A DNA stretch of 59,030 nucleotides, the filler included, from Catajapyx aquilonaris (taxonomy: Eukaryota): NCBI GenBank assembly GCA_000934665.2. It is 2 parts of 2 records of this genome, joined end to end, with 100 filler letters (N's around TTAATTAATTAA, not from the genome) between each part and the next. Parts side by side here need not be neighbours in the genome. Positions count along the whole stretch, not along the records: positions 1 to 29,473 come from JYFJ02004787.1; positions 29,574 to 59,030 come from JYFJ02004788.1. One strand, given 5' to 3'. The notes under the pieces were generated by a model. It did no database searches. It saw only the letters and a program-made list of their open reading frames with translations, and was not told where the DNA came from. A program made the position numbers and the translations under genes. Within the stretch, counting starts at the first letter, position 1. The number at the start of each line of letters is the position of its first letter. Positions 23,306-34,791 of this stretch are shown one piece after another.

Positions 23306-26300
23306 ATGAGTTTCCTGTTGTGAGTATCTCGGCCATCATTCCAATATTGGGAGACTGTCAGGTGTAGGGTTGTGTTACGAATAATTTTATGGTTGCACAA
23401 AAATCGTCAGTTTCATAAGGAAAGTGAAAATCTTTCGTGGCCATCAGTGTTGGCAAGTTGCCCTGTATACACTGTTTCCTAAACCACAATAGGACTTTGG
23501 GAGGAAAGGGAACTAGATTGCAGTCTGTTAGGGTGCTCTGCAGCAAAGTGTTTAACTTTTTCTGGAGAAATGCATTATTGCCTTTGTCAATAAATTATTG
23601 GAACTGGATTGATTTGTACAGTTCACTCGTTACGCATAGCAGTCCAAAGTTGCTGTTGATTATCACTGACCATTTTGGCTTGATGTGTCATTGGTCAGTG
23701 ATCTGCTTGTGTCCATCTCACCTGTCAACAGTACAGCACTCCTCATACCCCATAATGCAAATTAATCTTTCATCATGGCCTTACATTTTATTGGAGTTTT
23801 CCTTTCGTATTCGTGTTTCGTTTATTTGGAAAGCAGAGATTGGGTCCCTATTTAAGATTTGAGGGTCAGTAGGAAAATAAGTTTTGCGATGCTGCAGTGT
23901 CAAATCCATACGATGGAGAGGGTAAAGAAGAACATGAGCAGGAATGTCCATTTTTCCGGTACTTTATACAGTGCTGGACATGTTAGCCGTCGCTGAATGC
24001 TTTTTTCCGGCGACTGCGGCGGCGGCATTACCTGGCAACCCCGTCCGGCGGGCCAATTCAAACATCAGCCCATGGAGAGCGCTTCCATTGTTGCTACTGT
24101 TTACAAATCGAGTGAGTGAGTGCGCAGGCAGAAGAGACCCGTCGCTGGGTCGCCCGCGTCACTCACTCGATTTGTAAACAGTGGCAACAATGGAAGCACT
24201 CTCCATATGCTGGTGGTTGAATTGGCCCGCCGGACGGGGTTGCCAGGTAACGCAGCGCCGTCGCCAACGGAAAAAAAACATTCAGCTACGGCTAATTTGT
24301 CCAGGACTGTACCAGCGGTTCTCAAACTGTGGTACGCGTACCACTGGTGGTACTTCAAGCCATGCCAAGTGGTATTCATGTGGCCTGCACATATGACTTT
24401 GCAGTCGTTTTACCTGTTTATACGCCTCACGCTTTTTAAAACCTATTCTTTAACTAGTTTTATATAACTTTAACCTTATAATATTATAGTCATTACTGTG
24501 ATTATAGTGACATTTTCTTCAAAACAACACTGGTGTAAATTAACCATTCATTGACAGTTGTACTTCAGTTTACTGATCCTCATGGAGTGGTACTTGTTCA
24601 AAAAAGTTTGAGAACCACTGCTTTATACAATGGGTAGGCATCATCTGGCAAGTGCAGGTGTAGTAGCCATGGGACAAGGCTGAGTGCTGAGCAGAGTGTG
24701 CCCATCCACATTCAGGGAGAAGTCATGGCAGACACATGTGTATTGGGCACATGGAGTAAGGCAGATGAAGTGAGGCCACTACAGAGAGTAGATAACGTCA
24801 TTGACTTGTGCAACGTTCTTGTCAGTAGTGACTGGGAGGTTGTCCTTCATGCTTGCACGCCCATTGTGAAATTGCTGTAACTATTGCCAAACCATTTTCT
24901 TAGACATGATGTCTGGACGACTGGACTGTGCACCAGCACAAGCAGATGATTTTCGTATGTTGAATGTTGAACAGTGGCAGGGCAGCAAACAACTGCCCTC
25001 ACTTCGGATACCAGTGACACACTTTTGTCTGCCGTGACTTTTCCTGGTGGAATGTGGGGATGCATGTTCTGCTTGGCATTTGGTTGATCGTCTGATGGCT
25101 GCCACGCCTGTGCATAAGCTGCAAGATGGCACCTACCCTTATAAAGAATTGGAAGGATTGACGTCTCTGCTCATGCTCATCTATCCATCACATGACATCT
25201 ACACTGTAGCATAGTAGAAATTATTTTCCTACTGATTGTGTGTTGACATAATCAGCAATACATCAGTAAATAAAACGAGCTGTATCAAGCTCTCAAACTT
25301 GCACAGTTACCATATCTGCAGTGATGCCACCACACCACACCCCACCACAAACCCTCTGCCCAGCCTCTGCCATCCCGTTGCAAGGCAATGAAATAACATG
25401 TGAAAAGTCAAGGAAGCCAACATGTGACAGTACACTTCTCAGCACATCTACATATCAAAGATAAGTTAACCAGTAAGAAATGGGATGTAAAGTACAAGAT
25501 TTGGCCAAGACATTTAGAAATTTGCATCAAATTGTCATTACATTGCTAACCAATGGTGGCAGAGATGTAGTGGCAATCGTTTTACTGCTACTTTTTGTGC
25601 CTAATTCACTGGCTAATGTGCTCTTGGCTCTTTCTAGTGGAAACCGTTCATCCAAGACATTCAAGCCTAAGAAGAACATCCCTGAGGGCACCCATCAGTA
25701 TGACTTGATGAAGCATGCTGCTGCAACACTTGGCTCAGGAAACCTAAGGCTTGCAGTTATGCTGCCGGAAGGAGAGGATCTAAATGAATGGGTTGCAGTC
25801 AATAGTAAGTTATCGTCATATTATGATCTATCCAGAATTGGCCGTTAACCAGGAAGATGTGTTTCGTTTTTAAGACACTTTGATCATTGGCATTTTTAAA
25901 CTGCAGCCGACACTATACAGAAATTCTCACTTTATAGCGGTCGACTTCTTCAACCAGATCAATATGCTTTATGGCACCATAACTGAGTTCTGCACAGAGG
26001 ATTCGTGTCCCATAATGGCGGCAGGCCCCAAGTATGAGTACCACTGGGCAGATGGTCAGACAGTGAAGAAGCCCATAAAGTGCTCTGCCCCCAAGTACAT
26101 AGATTACCTGATGACCTGGGTGCAGGATCAGCTGGATGATGAGACCTTGTTCCCGTCAAAGATTGGGGTGCCCTTTCCCAAGAACTTCCTGTCCATTGCA
26201 AAGACCATTCTGAAGAGGCTCTTCAGGGTGTATGCCCACATTTACCACCAGCATTTTGCTGAGGTAGTGCAGCTTGGAGAGGAGGCTCATCTCAACACTT

Positions 26301-27792
26301 CTTTCAAACATTTCATTTTTTTTGTTCAGGTAAGCTGCAGACAGGGGTTAGCCCCAATCTTAAGACAGAATCTGGTACCATGCTTTTTAACGAGACAGTG
26401 GAGTAAATGAAACTGTGGTATAAGAGTTTTATAAAATGCCACAGGTACAATTTGTCATTTGTGCAAATGTGCTTGTGGCCCTCATTTTCTACTGATTTGC
26501 AAAGTTGTACATTTCTCACAGTGTTTGTTAAGGGCGCCAGATATCTACGCGATTTTTCCAACTCGCGAGCTAAGTTTAGCCTAGTCATGGGTGCAGCGTT
26601 CTCTTTGCACCGCCGATGCAGGCGTCTCGCTGGAGGTACGGACCTGAAATTTTCGCAGCACGGCGAGGAAGGGCCAATTGAGCCCCAGACGAAGTTGCGA
26701 TCAATTCAGATAATTGAGATAGCTACAAGGAGAGGCGTTTTTGAAAAACGGCTAAAGGCATCTTGGCTCTGAATGCGAATTTGGGTAATATCGAGACTAT
26801 ATTCTATGGCAAAAGTATTCCTCTCTTACCCCTCCAAAGTGCGAGTTGGTCTATTGGTTTTTGCACTAAATTGAAAACTGTGACACCACTGCACCACGTA
26901 AATAAAACAGTTGGTAGCCGAGCTGTGCCTAGGGCCAGTTTCACCGAGCTCAGTATAACTTAGAACCTCGGTTATAACAAGAATTGCCATAGCAACCATT
27001 GTTGTCAACAATGAAAACTGAGAGTTTTTCGAAAAGAAACTTGGATTTAAAATATACTGAGCTCGGTGAAACCGGCCATAAGGGACTAAACCGTGTTCTT
27101 TTTTGACAACGTTTACTCATATTGTTGAGCAATGCCCCCACTGAGCAATGTGTCAACAAAGAGAACAGTATTTAGGCCCTTAGACACGGGTCAGCTACCA
27201 ACTGTTCTACTTTCTGAAGTACCCCCTCCGATTTTCCACGGTGCAATGGTGTTGTGGTTTTCAATTTAGTGTAAAAACCAATAGACCAACTCAATCGCAC
27301 TTTGAAGTGGTAAAAGAGGAATACTTTTGCAGTAGAATATCGTCGCGATATTTCCCAAATTCGCATCCGGATGCTGTCAGCCGTTTTTCAAAAACCCTTC
27401 CCCTTGTAGCTATCTCAATTATTATCCTAGTTGATCGAACTTCGTCGGGGTCTCAATTGGACCTTCCTTGCCATGCTGTGAAAATTTCAGGTCCGTACCT
27501 CCAGCAAGCCACCCGCATCGGTGGTGCAAAGAGAATGCAGCACCCATGACTCGGCCAAACTTGGTCTGCGAGTTGGAAATATCATGTAGGTATCCGGCGC
27601 CCTTAAGTGGGAAATTTTGCAAACTGTTGAATTAACAAGCTGACTGGTGGCCCACAGTAGCTGGAAGTCTTGCCAAATAAACTTATTTAAAAATTTTAAT
27701 TTCAGGAGTTCAGCCTGATTGATCGTCGAGAATTGGCACCTTTGCAAGAACTGATTGAAAAACTTACCACTAAAGACACTCCTCTGCGATGA
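23306..27792 (+). CDS. MOB1: MOB kinase activator 1 (mats), 4 coding exons
   Basis: Exons 23306-23319 (MSFLF), 25638-25804, 25938-26329, 27706-27792. Protein MSFLFGNRSSKTFKPKKNIPEGTHQYDLMKHAAATLGSGNLRLAVMLPEGEDLNEWVAVNTVDFFNQINMLYG...EFSLIDRRELAPLQELIEKLT. Confidence 0.97.
23969..24309. mobile_element. Palindromic Tc1/mariner-type MITE in MOB1 intron 1
   Basis: TA|CAGTGCTGGACA...TGTCCAGGACTG|TA; arms of about 150 bp are nearly complementary. Confidence 0.85.
24313..24620. mobile_element. hAT (Charlie-like) MITE
   Basis: TIR CAGCGGTTCTCAAAC / GTTTGAGAACCACTG; TSD CTTTATAC (right copy 24621-24628, left copy split by the neighbouring MITE). Confidence 0.85.
24760..25015 (-). pseudogene. Decayed mariner transposase N-terminal fragment
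   Basis: Frameshifted SEVRAVV...IMSKKMVWQ*LQQFHNGRASMKD...TTDKNVAQVNDVI resembles the mariner HTH region. Confidence 0.55.
26532..27602. mobile_element. Kolobok-like long-TIR non-autonomous element in MOB1 intron 3
   Basis: TTAA|GGGCGCC...GGCGCCC|TTAA (purine-start termini, TTAA TSD); arms of about 400 bp (26532-26930 vs 27181-27602). Confidence 0.8.
26932..27078. mobile_element. PIF/Harbinger-like MITE nested in the Kolobok-like element
   Basis: GGGCCAGTTTCACCGAGCTCAGTAT / ATACTGAGCTCGGTGAAACCGGCC; related copy at 38261-38385. Confidence 0.7.
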
Positions 27793-28466
27793 GAGCCTTT
27801 TTTAAAAATTTTTTGGAGGTGACATCTTTCATTTTGAAAATGGGCCCCTGTCTTTTTGTATGCAAAGACAGCTTTCTCTCCCCTCAAATGCACTTGGAGA
27901 AGGAACGAGTCCTTTGACAAGACAAGCACAACTCCTTTTGTAGGTCACATCACTCTGCCTTATACACAAGGGAAAGTTTTTTATGTAATGAACCAACTTA
28001 TATAAAAACATATATTGAAGTATATATGAAAAATTCAGGGCAGGGGGCAAGAAAAAAGGGGGAAGTATGATAATTTACTGTGTGTGTGTGTGTGCATGTG
28101 TGCATGGATTGTGGGAACACTTGTATGTGTATGTACAGTAAACAGAAAGTGGGTTCCTTTCAAATGATTATTTTTATTTTTGAACCTGTGATTTTGTCAA
28201 TTTGTCAATTACAAATTTTACAGTGGGACTGGAATTCATGGTGTTTGGAGTGTCAGGATGTTACAGCACGCAGTCTTACACTTACGATCAGGCAATTTTC
28301 ATTTGTATTCATTAAGACTGGTACACTACAGGCCATGTATTTAAAATGCCATTTTGTTTATTATGTTTGATCATAAGGATATGTGATTGTGGTGCAATTT
28401 ACTAATTTTTTTCTGTTCGTTGCAGTTATTGAATCTGATGCTACAGCAGTGTTCTGGTTCCCTGTG

Positions 28467-29259
28467 CTAGTTTCTTTTCCTCCTGTTTTTAACACATTGC
28501 CTGATCTGCAAAATTCCAATCTCTCCAATCTGAATAAAGCTGAGGAGGGATGCACCTAGCATGAGACCCAGAGCACCTCCAATGTCGCTGAGAAGGAAGG
28601 TCGTCGTGTAGGAGAAGGTGTCTGTGAATGCTTGGTAGGTCAGGTCATTGTAGTAAATGATCAGTTCTGCCTGGCCATCCCCCAAAGGAGCCACTTGTAT
28701 GTTCTTCTCAAGCACTAGGAGGTTACAGGCGTGGGAACAGTTGCACATGTCCATGGACCAGTGAGAGTAGAATATCATATTTATCAAGTCGGCAACATCT
28801 GAGTATGACTTGCTTGAATTGCACAGGGGAATTCTTCCATTCTCTGAGGACACAAATATTCAACATTGTCACATTACATGGTAAGGTGGAATGTTACTGC
28901 ACTTGCAAAAACTTCTTTCCTACCATCACTGATAGAAGGCAGGCGACAGGTGCTGTTCTGGAGCAGTGTCTTACGGAAGCAGTGGTAACTGCAGTTAATA
29001 TGGGAGTAATCCTGGACCTTGCTGCACGGGCGCTCTGGAATGTTGATGGACCGAAACAGCTTCACGGACATTCTGATATGTCGCGTGGTGTTGATGTACA
29101 CAAATGATCCATGTGTGGCTACGTGCAGTGTTGGAGGCTCGTTGGGCCAGTGCAGCAGTATTCGAAAGCCACTCTTGCCATGCACTTTGCGTACCAAAGG
29201 ATCTTTTAAGATAATCCTGAGGTTGTTGGCAGGGCCTGCCTCATTTGTCACTTCTGTGT
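28467..29259 (-). CDS. DEG/ENaC (pickpocket/ASIC-like) sodium channel, last two exons; 5' part missing at the assembly join
   Basis: Exons 29259-28924 and 28843-28467 are joined by an 80-nt GT-AG intron that restores frame. GFRILLH motif, Cys-rich thumb (CSYHC...CRLP...CNCSHAC), TM2 signature LLSDIGGALGLMLGASLLS containing the GAS filter. Confidence 0.88.
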
Positions 29260-29315
29260 CTGCATAAAGGTGCACATGATGAAATCATTTCCAATCTTTT
29301 TGTAAAAATTAACTA

Positions 29316-29376
29316 CAGTAAAACTTCTATAAGTTGAATCTCCATGGCAATGGAAAAAATCTTTCAGTTATAGAAG
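29316..29376. mobile_element. Left end of a Tigger/pogo-like MITE (family of 39528-40109)
   Basis: TA|CAGTAAAACTTCTATAAGTTGAATCTCCATGG matches the start of the element at 39528. Confidence 0.7.
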
Positions 29377-29377
29377 A

Positions 29378-29473
29378 CTAGCAGGTTACCCGGCGTTGCC
29401 CGGGTATGTTGGGATGCTGTTAAAGGTACGGGTATATTTTTGGAAGTTTGCTTGTTTGTAAAATTTGCGTTCC
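29378..29473 (-). mobile_element. Helitron 3' terminus
   Basis: Minus strand reads ACCCGG-GCAACG-CCGGGT hairpin, short spacer, CTAG|T. It is inserted in the Tigger-like MITE and runs into the gap. Confidence 0.65.
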
Positions 29474-29573
29474 NNNNNNNNNNNNNNNNNNNNNNNNNNN
29501 NNNNNNNNNNNNNNNNNTTAATTAATTAANNNNNNNNNNNNNNNNNNNNNNNNNNNNNNNNNNNNNNNNNNNN
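29474..29573. other. Artificial contig-joining spacer (44 N + TTAATTAATTAA + 44 N)
   Basis: Exactly 100 nt and symmetric. The central 12-mer gives stops in all six frames. Genes on both sides lack their 5' halves. Confidence 0.93.
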
Positions 29574-29839
29574 CCTCTACCCCCCATGACCAACCGTGGT
29601 ATATCAGTAGACCCCCCCCCAAAATGGTCACGTGGTATATGGACGACCCCTTATGTCACACACAATGTGCATTACATATTACAGTCTTTGAGATCTGGGA
29701 TAACTTACACGTTTATACGGATATTGCAAGAAGGTCAAGGTATTCTGTGGTCAAGATTACCTATTACAATGCGTATTTAACGAGAAAATAGGTGATGATA
29801 TTGATTATCTTACATTGGGCTTATATCATGTCTCAGATA

Positions 29840-30387
29840 CAGGGTGATCAAACTTTTTTGTCGTTTTAGTTATTGACGAATTCGGCCTTAGCTGCTAATA
29901 TTGTAGCCGTGGCTAGCAACCAGTTGTTGAAATCAGGAATCGGAAATAACAACGGTTAATATTAGGGATTAAACAACACGAAACAAATGAAGAATGGCAT
30001 TCTAATTTGTTCGAATCAATCTTCATTTGTTTCGTGTTGTTTAATCCCAAAGAGTTCTGCTATAACATATAATATACCTAGACGAGGTACTCCCTATCCT
30101 TTTCCATTAGACAGGCTGAGGCAGCCGCCATCTTGTCGGAGGTAATATTGTTGTTCTAACAGTTGTCTAGCAACTGGGACAACAACAAATAATGACAAAT
30201 GGGACGACAATTAGTTCAATAATGTCAGGCGTCCGCCATCTTGACGGAGGTAATATTGTTGCTTATATCAACCGTTGTTATTTCCGATTCCTGATTTCAA
30301 CAACAGGTTGCCAACAACGGCTACAATATAAGCAGCTAAGGCCGAATTTGTCAATAACTAAAACGACAAAAAAGTTTGATCACCCTG
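29840..30387. mobile_element. Tc1/mariner-type MITE with about 120-bp TIRs; contains a small hairpin (29965-30048) and a P-like MITE fragment (30048-30262)
   Basis: TA|CAGGGTGATCAAACTTTTTTGTCG...CGACAAAAAAGTTTGATCACCCTG|TA. Confidence 0.85.
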
Positions 30388-30395
30388 TATATAAT

Positions 30396-30651
30396 GAGTC
30401 GTGGCGTTTCAAAAATGGCTATCTTCAACAGGCTCAACTTTTCAGTAGTCACTTTTGATCCTACCATGCTCCCGAAGATAGCTACCTTCTGAAATTACCA
30501 CGATTTTCACTGAAGCAGAATGATGTGAAGATGGTCATTTTTTGTTACTGCTGCTTCAGGAACTAATGTAGTTCCACTCTAGCCAGCAGATGGGGTGGAC
30601 ATCTCAAAATTCACATTTTTGAAGATAGCCATGTTTGAAACGCCACGACTC
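30396..30651. mobile_element. MITE with GAG...CTC termini (Sola-like)
   Basis: GAGTCGTGGCGTTTCAAAAATGGCTATCTTCAA / TTGAAGATAGCCATGTTTGAAACGCCACGACTC. Confidence 0.75.
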
Positions 30652-30660
30652 TATTATATA

Positions 30661-30986
30661 CAGGGTGAATCCGATCCCCACCGACAGCCATGTACCAATG
30701 GCATAATGGGCACCAGGGGATCAATTAATGTAGATGAGTCATCATGTCTAGGCCGCCTCATTACGGAGATGAACGATCATTTGCGAAATAGTGATCGCGC
30801 TACTGTGCCCTGCGATGCGATTGGTGGCTGAAGGTTTACATACCTGCCAGGATACTTTGTACTACATGTTTGAAGGCAATTATCCCCGTAATGAGGCGGC
30901 CGAGACATGATGACTACATTAATTGATCCCCTGGTGCCCATTCTGCCATTGGTACATGGCTGTCGGTGGGGATCGGATTCACCCTG
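30661..30986. mobile_element. Tc1/mariner-type MITE with about 105-bp TIRs
   Basis: TA|CAGGGTGAATCCGATCCCCACCGACAGCC...GGCTGTCGGTGGGGATCGGATTCACCCTG|TA. Confidence 0.85.
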
Positions 30987-31029
30987 TATATATGTACATG
31001 TATAAACCTCGTGATACAACTGGAAGTCA

Positions 31030-31333
31030 TTATAGGGGAGTGGCAGACCACCATCAGTTTTCTAGTATGGGTTTTACTTCACTCTCCGGTGCAGGGAATC
31101 AAGGATGTAGGGTAAGGAGAGGGATTTTTAGGGGAAGGGACACGGGTGCAAGTCCAATGTCAAGCACTGGGCCATGTGCTGCCTCCCAGGAGGTCAGGTT
31201 GCCAGACACCTCCAAGGTACGGGTCAGAGACCCTCTTGACGCAGCCAAAAGGGAAATCCCGGGCAGGGATTGAACCCAGGACCTTTCAATCAGAAAGTTA
31301 AAACGTTACCATCTCGGCCACCACACCTCCCCC
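31030..31333 (-). mobile_element. tRNA-derived SINE, family B
   Basis: TGGCCGAGATGG A box, GGGTTCAATCCC B box; body aligns with 57267-57425. Confidence 0.75.
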
Positions 31334-31512
31334 AAAGCAGCTACTACATTCGTCAACACCTGGGAGTAGTTAGGCACTGCCATCGGGATGTGATAAGCTA
31401 CACACAAATAACAAGTTCGGGTGAAATTTGCAATAACTAAAAGACACCAATACTTGGAACACACTGTAACACAGCTTGTGGTTAAGGTCTTAATCAAATC
31501 CTATTCTTACAG

Positions 31513-34500
31513 GGAAGCAGAGACAATATCAGCATTGTGCTAGTCACCTTTCCTGCGGCACCTCAGCCTGTGCCAGATGCCATCACCAAGGAGGCAGAGC
31601 TGGAGGCCTTTCTGGAGAGGCGGATCTCAGGTCTGGGCATATTCATTGGATTTTTGACAGTCAATAATACCTTTGATTATTTTTCATGTACAAAATACAA
31701 TTGCATGGCCATATGATTAATGAGAGAATACACAAGTGGCTGAACTACTCATAGTTTCTCATGGCTTGTACAGGGTGTTTGAAAAAAGAAGGAATACTAC
31801 TAAGAAAATTTCTGCATATTTTTTTGGATTTCTCTTGACCTTAAAGTATGGTTATTAGTGGCATTTCAGAATAACTGCTTATCAGGACATTCCTGGAATG
31901 GTAACAAGCTAAGTGGCAAGTGTCTGCATCCAACAGGTTTGAAGATAGCAGAGGTCTTGATTTTCTTGACCACCAATGTGCAACTATAAGAAATTGCTAA
32001 CTAGTTCTTTCCACTGAATATCTTAAAAATTTGGGTCTTTTAAAACTTAATATGGTTTATCTTTTTACTCATTAATATCGAGATTTGTTGGTACCTATAG
32101 TTAGAGTGTTGAATTAGGCTTTGTTGTGATATATTCCATGAATTTTTATTTGCTCAATGTTAGTGCCAGTTCAGGTGAATACATTTTGAAATTGATAGTA
32201 CACTGTACTCCTGATTATTACCTATGCTAATAAATAAACAGGTGTGTCCAGGTAATATTAACATGGGGATGATATGAAAATGGTCTTAGATATTGTAAAA
32301 ATGAGCTATTCACAGGTTATATAAATGGACTACTGCACATACTGTAGGCTGCTTTAAATGAGGTTTAATTAAAATAATAAAACTTACCAGAGATTTTAAA
32401 TAAAAAATTGGCTAATTTGCATGGTGAACAAGGGGAGGGGAGGTTTCGATGCAAATGAAATCCTGACATGTAATGGCTGAAAGCATTTTTATATTGTTTT
32501 CCTTTTATATGCGCAACTTGTTTTGTAAACAACCATTTTTTTTTCTTGGCAGAGATACTGGATCATAATGACAGCATGGAGTTTGCACATGTGCTTCAAA
32601 TGCTGACAGAAGAGGACATACCAGGTCTCCCGCCAGGAGGTGGACTTTGTGCCAAGTTAGTTGTGAATCATTGGTGCTGTTATTAGGGTGAATCAAATGA
32701 CACCTGTTTGTGGCATCTGAAGAAGATACTACTGAACACAGGGACTTGAAACTTCCACCACATCAAGATAGTATCAATAGTGGCAGCATGGTGGTCTAGT
32801 GGCTATGCTACTGGCCAGCCAAGCAGGAGGTCTGGGGTTCAAATCCCATCCCCATCACCCTCGCTTGGTCAGGTCTTTTTCCGCTTTTCACCCAACATGT
32901 CCAGGCATAATTCCTCCTACAGGGCCAAGAGAAAAGGTTTGGTATTTAAGAGGGGTCCGAAATGACTAGCAACCTCCCCTTCACCCCCTAAAGGCCCCTA
33001 CACATGGTAGTGAAACACGCAGGAGAAATCACGCGCGGCGGGGTTAGACTCGAAAGCGCACTGTTCGTATCGGCATGATTCAAGTTCCTCATGCACGGAA
33101 TCAGGACAAGCTCTATTTTTCCTTTGTGAAGCGCAAGTGACATCACGATTCAAGATGGCCCCTTCTGGTCCAGTCACTCGCTGAAAAGGTCTGAAAAGTG
33201 GTGCATGTGTCCTCTCCTTCCAGTCCCTAGCCATGCGGTCATTGCAGCAGGGCCATAGGAGTGAGAGGATGGAGGCAGGACCCAGAAGAGTGGCTTCTCA
33301 GCCTGTGTGGTTGATTGAATGCCATCGTCTCCTTCACGTCACATGCACTTTTCCAGTAAAAGTCTGTAGGCAGTGTGCGCAATAGGATCCTTCCACTCCG
33401 TGAAACCCGCAAGTGTTTCACTATCGTGTGTAGGCACCTTAAGAGGGCCCTGCCCTATCACAGGGTAACAAAATAAAAGAAAAAAGCTAGTATCAATACC
33501 TCCTAAATCTTCCTCCTTCCCAATCTTTTTCACTGGTGACCCCAGAAATTCGTATCGTAAAATTCGCGACCCCCACTTCCAATTCTATCCTTCAGTGGTA
33601 GTCAATGACAATTATGGCTCAATTTACACATCATCTTGTTTACAGGCACATTTTTCCAGAGAGATAGAATCATTTTGTAAAAATAATTTGTTACCCACCC
33701 TTGCAACCCCAAATATTTTGTTTGCAACCCCATTTGGGGTCTCGACCCACAGTTTGGGAAGCACTGTCCTAAATTCATAGGTAAGAGTCTACATGCGCAT
33801 ACTGTGCCTGACGCCGCAGCCAATCCAGGTTGGTATGCACCCTGTCGAGCGTCTCCAAACGTGATCAGAGCATTGTTATTCTATTTCTAATGGCAATAGA
33901 TCCATGTAAATCCATGGAGGGATGCTTATGCAAGGTGAATGGTGACAGTTGCATGGCAAAGACGTCGTGGAATGGTGCTGGTGTTAAAGAAGTTCCAGTG
34001 ACAATCCCATGTGAAGCTCCTGACTGTTGAGCACTGTGCCCAATGTGTCCTAATCTTTTTATACTCCAGGTGGTGAAGGACAATATGAACACTACCATAA
34101 CTAAGGCTGACTATTGCATCCAAGTAAGACAGTTGCACCCACGATCCTCCCTTACCAGCTGGTCCACACGTGCAATGATGGTAGGTACGTGATTGCGGGC
34201 TGAGTCTGGCCTGGTTGGGGAAGGTCAGGGTGGATTGTTTGACATCTTGGAATAGCCAGCACGATTCCACGATGGGTGTCTTCTTCTTAAACATCTGCTG
34301 ATGTACGTATTTCCGCATGTCTGTTGCCCTCCACCATCAGCAATGGAAAAACAATGCTCTGATCCTGCTTGGACATGCTCGACAGTATGCATGCCATCTT
34401 GGATTTGCTGCGGTGACGGGTGTGGTATGCACATACAGACTCTTACCTATGCAGTTAGGAAGTAGTGATACTGTCTTGCTGTGATGGAAGTTTAAAGTCC

Positions 34501-34665
34501 CTGCGTTTAACAGTATCCTCTCTAGACACCATGAACGGGTTTCATATTGTTCACCGTTATGGTTTTATTGGAGTGGAATGTCATCATGTTTTTTTATCTT
34601 ACATTTGCAGGCGCAGCTTCATCGAGGGTGTCTACAGGAAGTTGTGCCCAAGCAAGGCTGATAGT
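31513..34665 (+). CDS. PPM1A: Protein phosphatase 2C, PPM1A/PPM1B (alphabet) type, C-terminal exons; 5' part missing and final exon uncertain
   Basis: Exons 31513-31630, 32553-32655, 34611-34665 give GSRDNISIVLVTFPAAP...KEAELEAFLERRISEILD...FAHVLQMLTEEDIPGLPPGGGLCAKRSFIEGVYRKLCP, which contains the GSxDN catalytic motif and the PP2C_C IPxLPPGGGL motif. A short terminal exon probably begins at acceptor 34970 or 35349, followed by a long UTR-like region. Confidence 0.9.
32780..32974 (+). mobile_element. tRNA-derived SINE, family A copy 2
   Basis: TGGTCTAGTGG...GGTTCAAATCCC; aligns with 17588-17785. Confidence 0.8.
33330..34440 (-). pseudogene. Rearranged, decayed mariner transposase remains with a hAT-MITE end (about 33530-33766) inside
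   Basis: Minus SLSYGSVHIVLHHLEYKKIRTHW (cf. ISxGSVHxILHxHLGYRKVCARW) and LRTLPTDFY; a plus-strand N-terminal-like piece at about 33845-34000; CAGTGCTTCCCAAACTGTGG terminus at 33766. Confidence 0.5.
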
Positions 34666-34717
34666 GTAGGTAGTGTATTTTAGATACTATTTGAACTCTC
34701 TACCTTTATTCCTGTTG

Positions 34718-34720
<3 letters not shown>

Positions 34721-34785
<65 letters not shown>

Positions 34786-34791
34786 TATTAT
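34721..34791 (+). repeat. (ATT)n microsatellite
   Basis: Directly visible. Confidence 0.95.

Noticed and set aside
28844..28923. Apparent frameshift in the DEG/ENaC gene
   Set aside because: Explained by an 80-nt GT-AG intron.
31513..34665. PP2C fragment as a pseudogene
   Set aside because: Exons and splice phases are intact; the truncation coincides with the assembly spacer.
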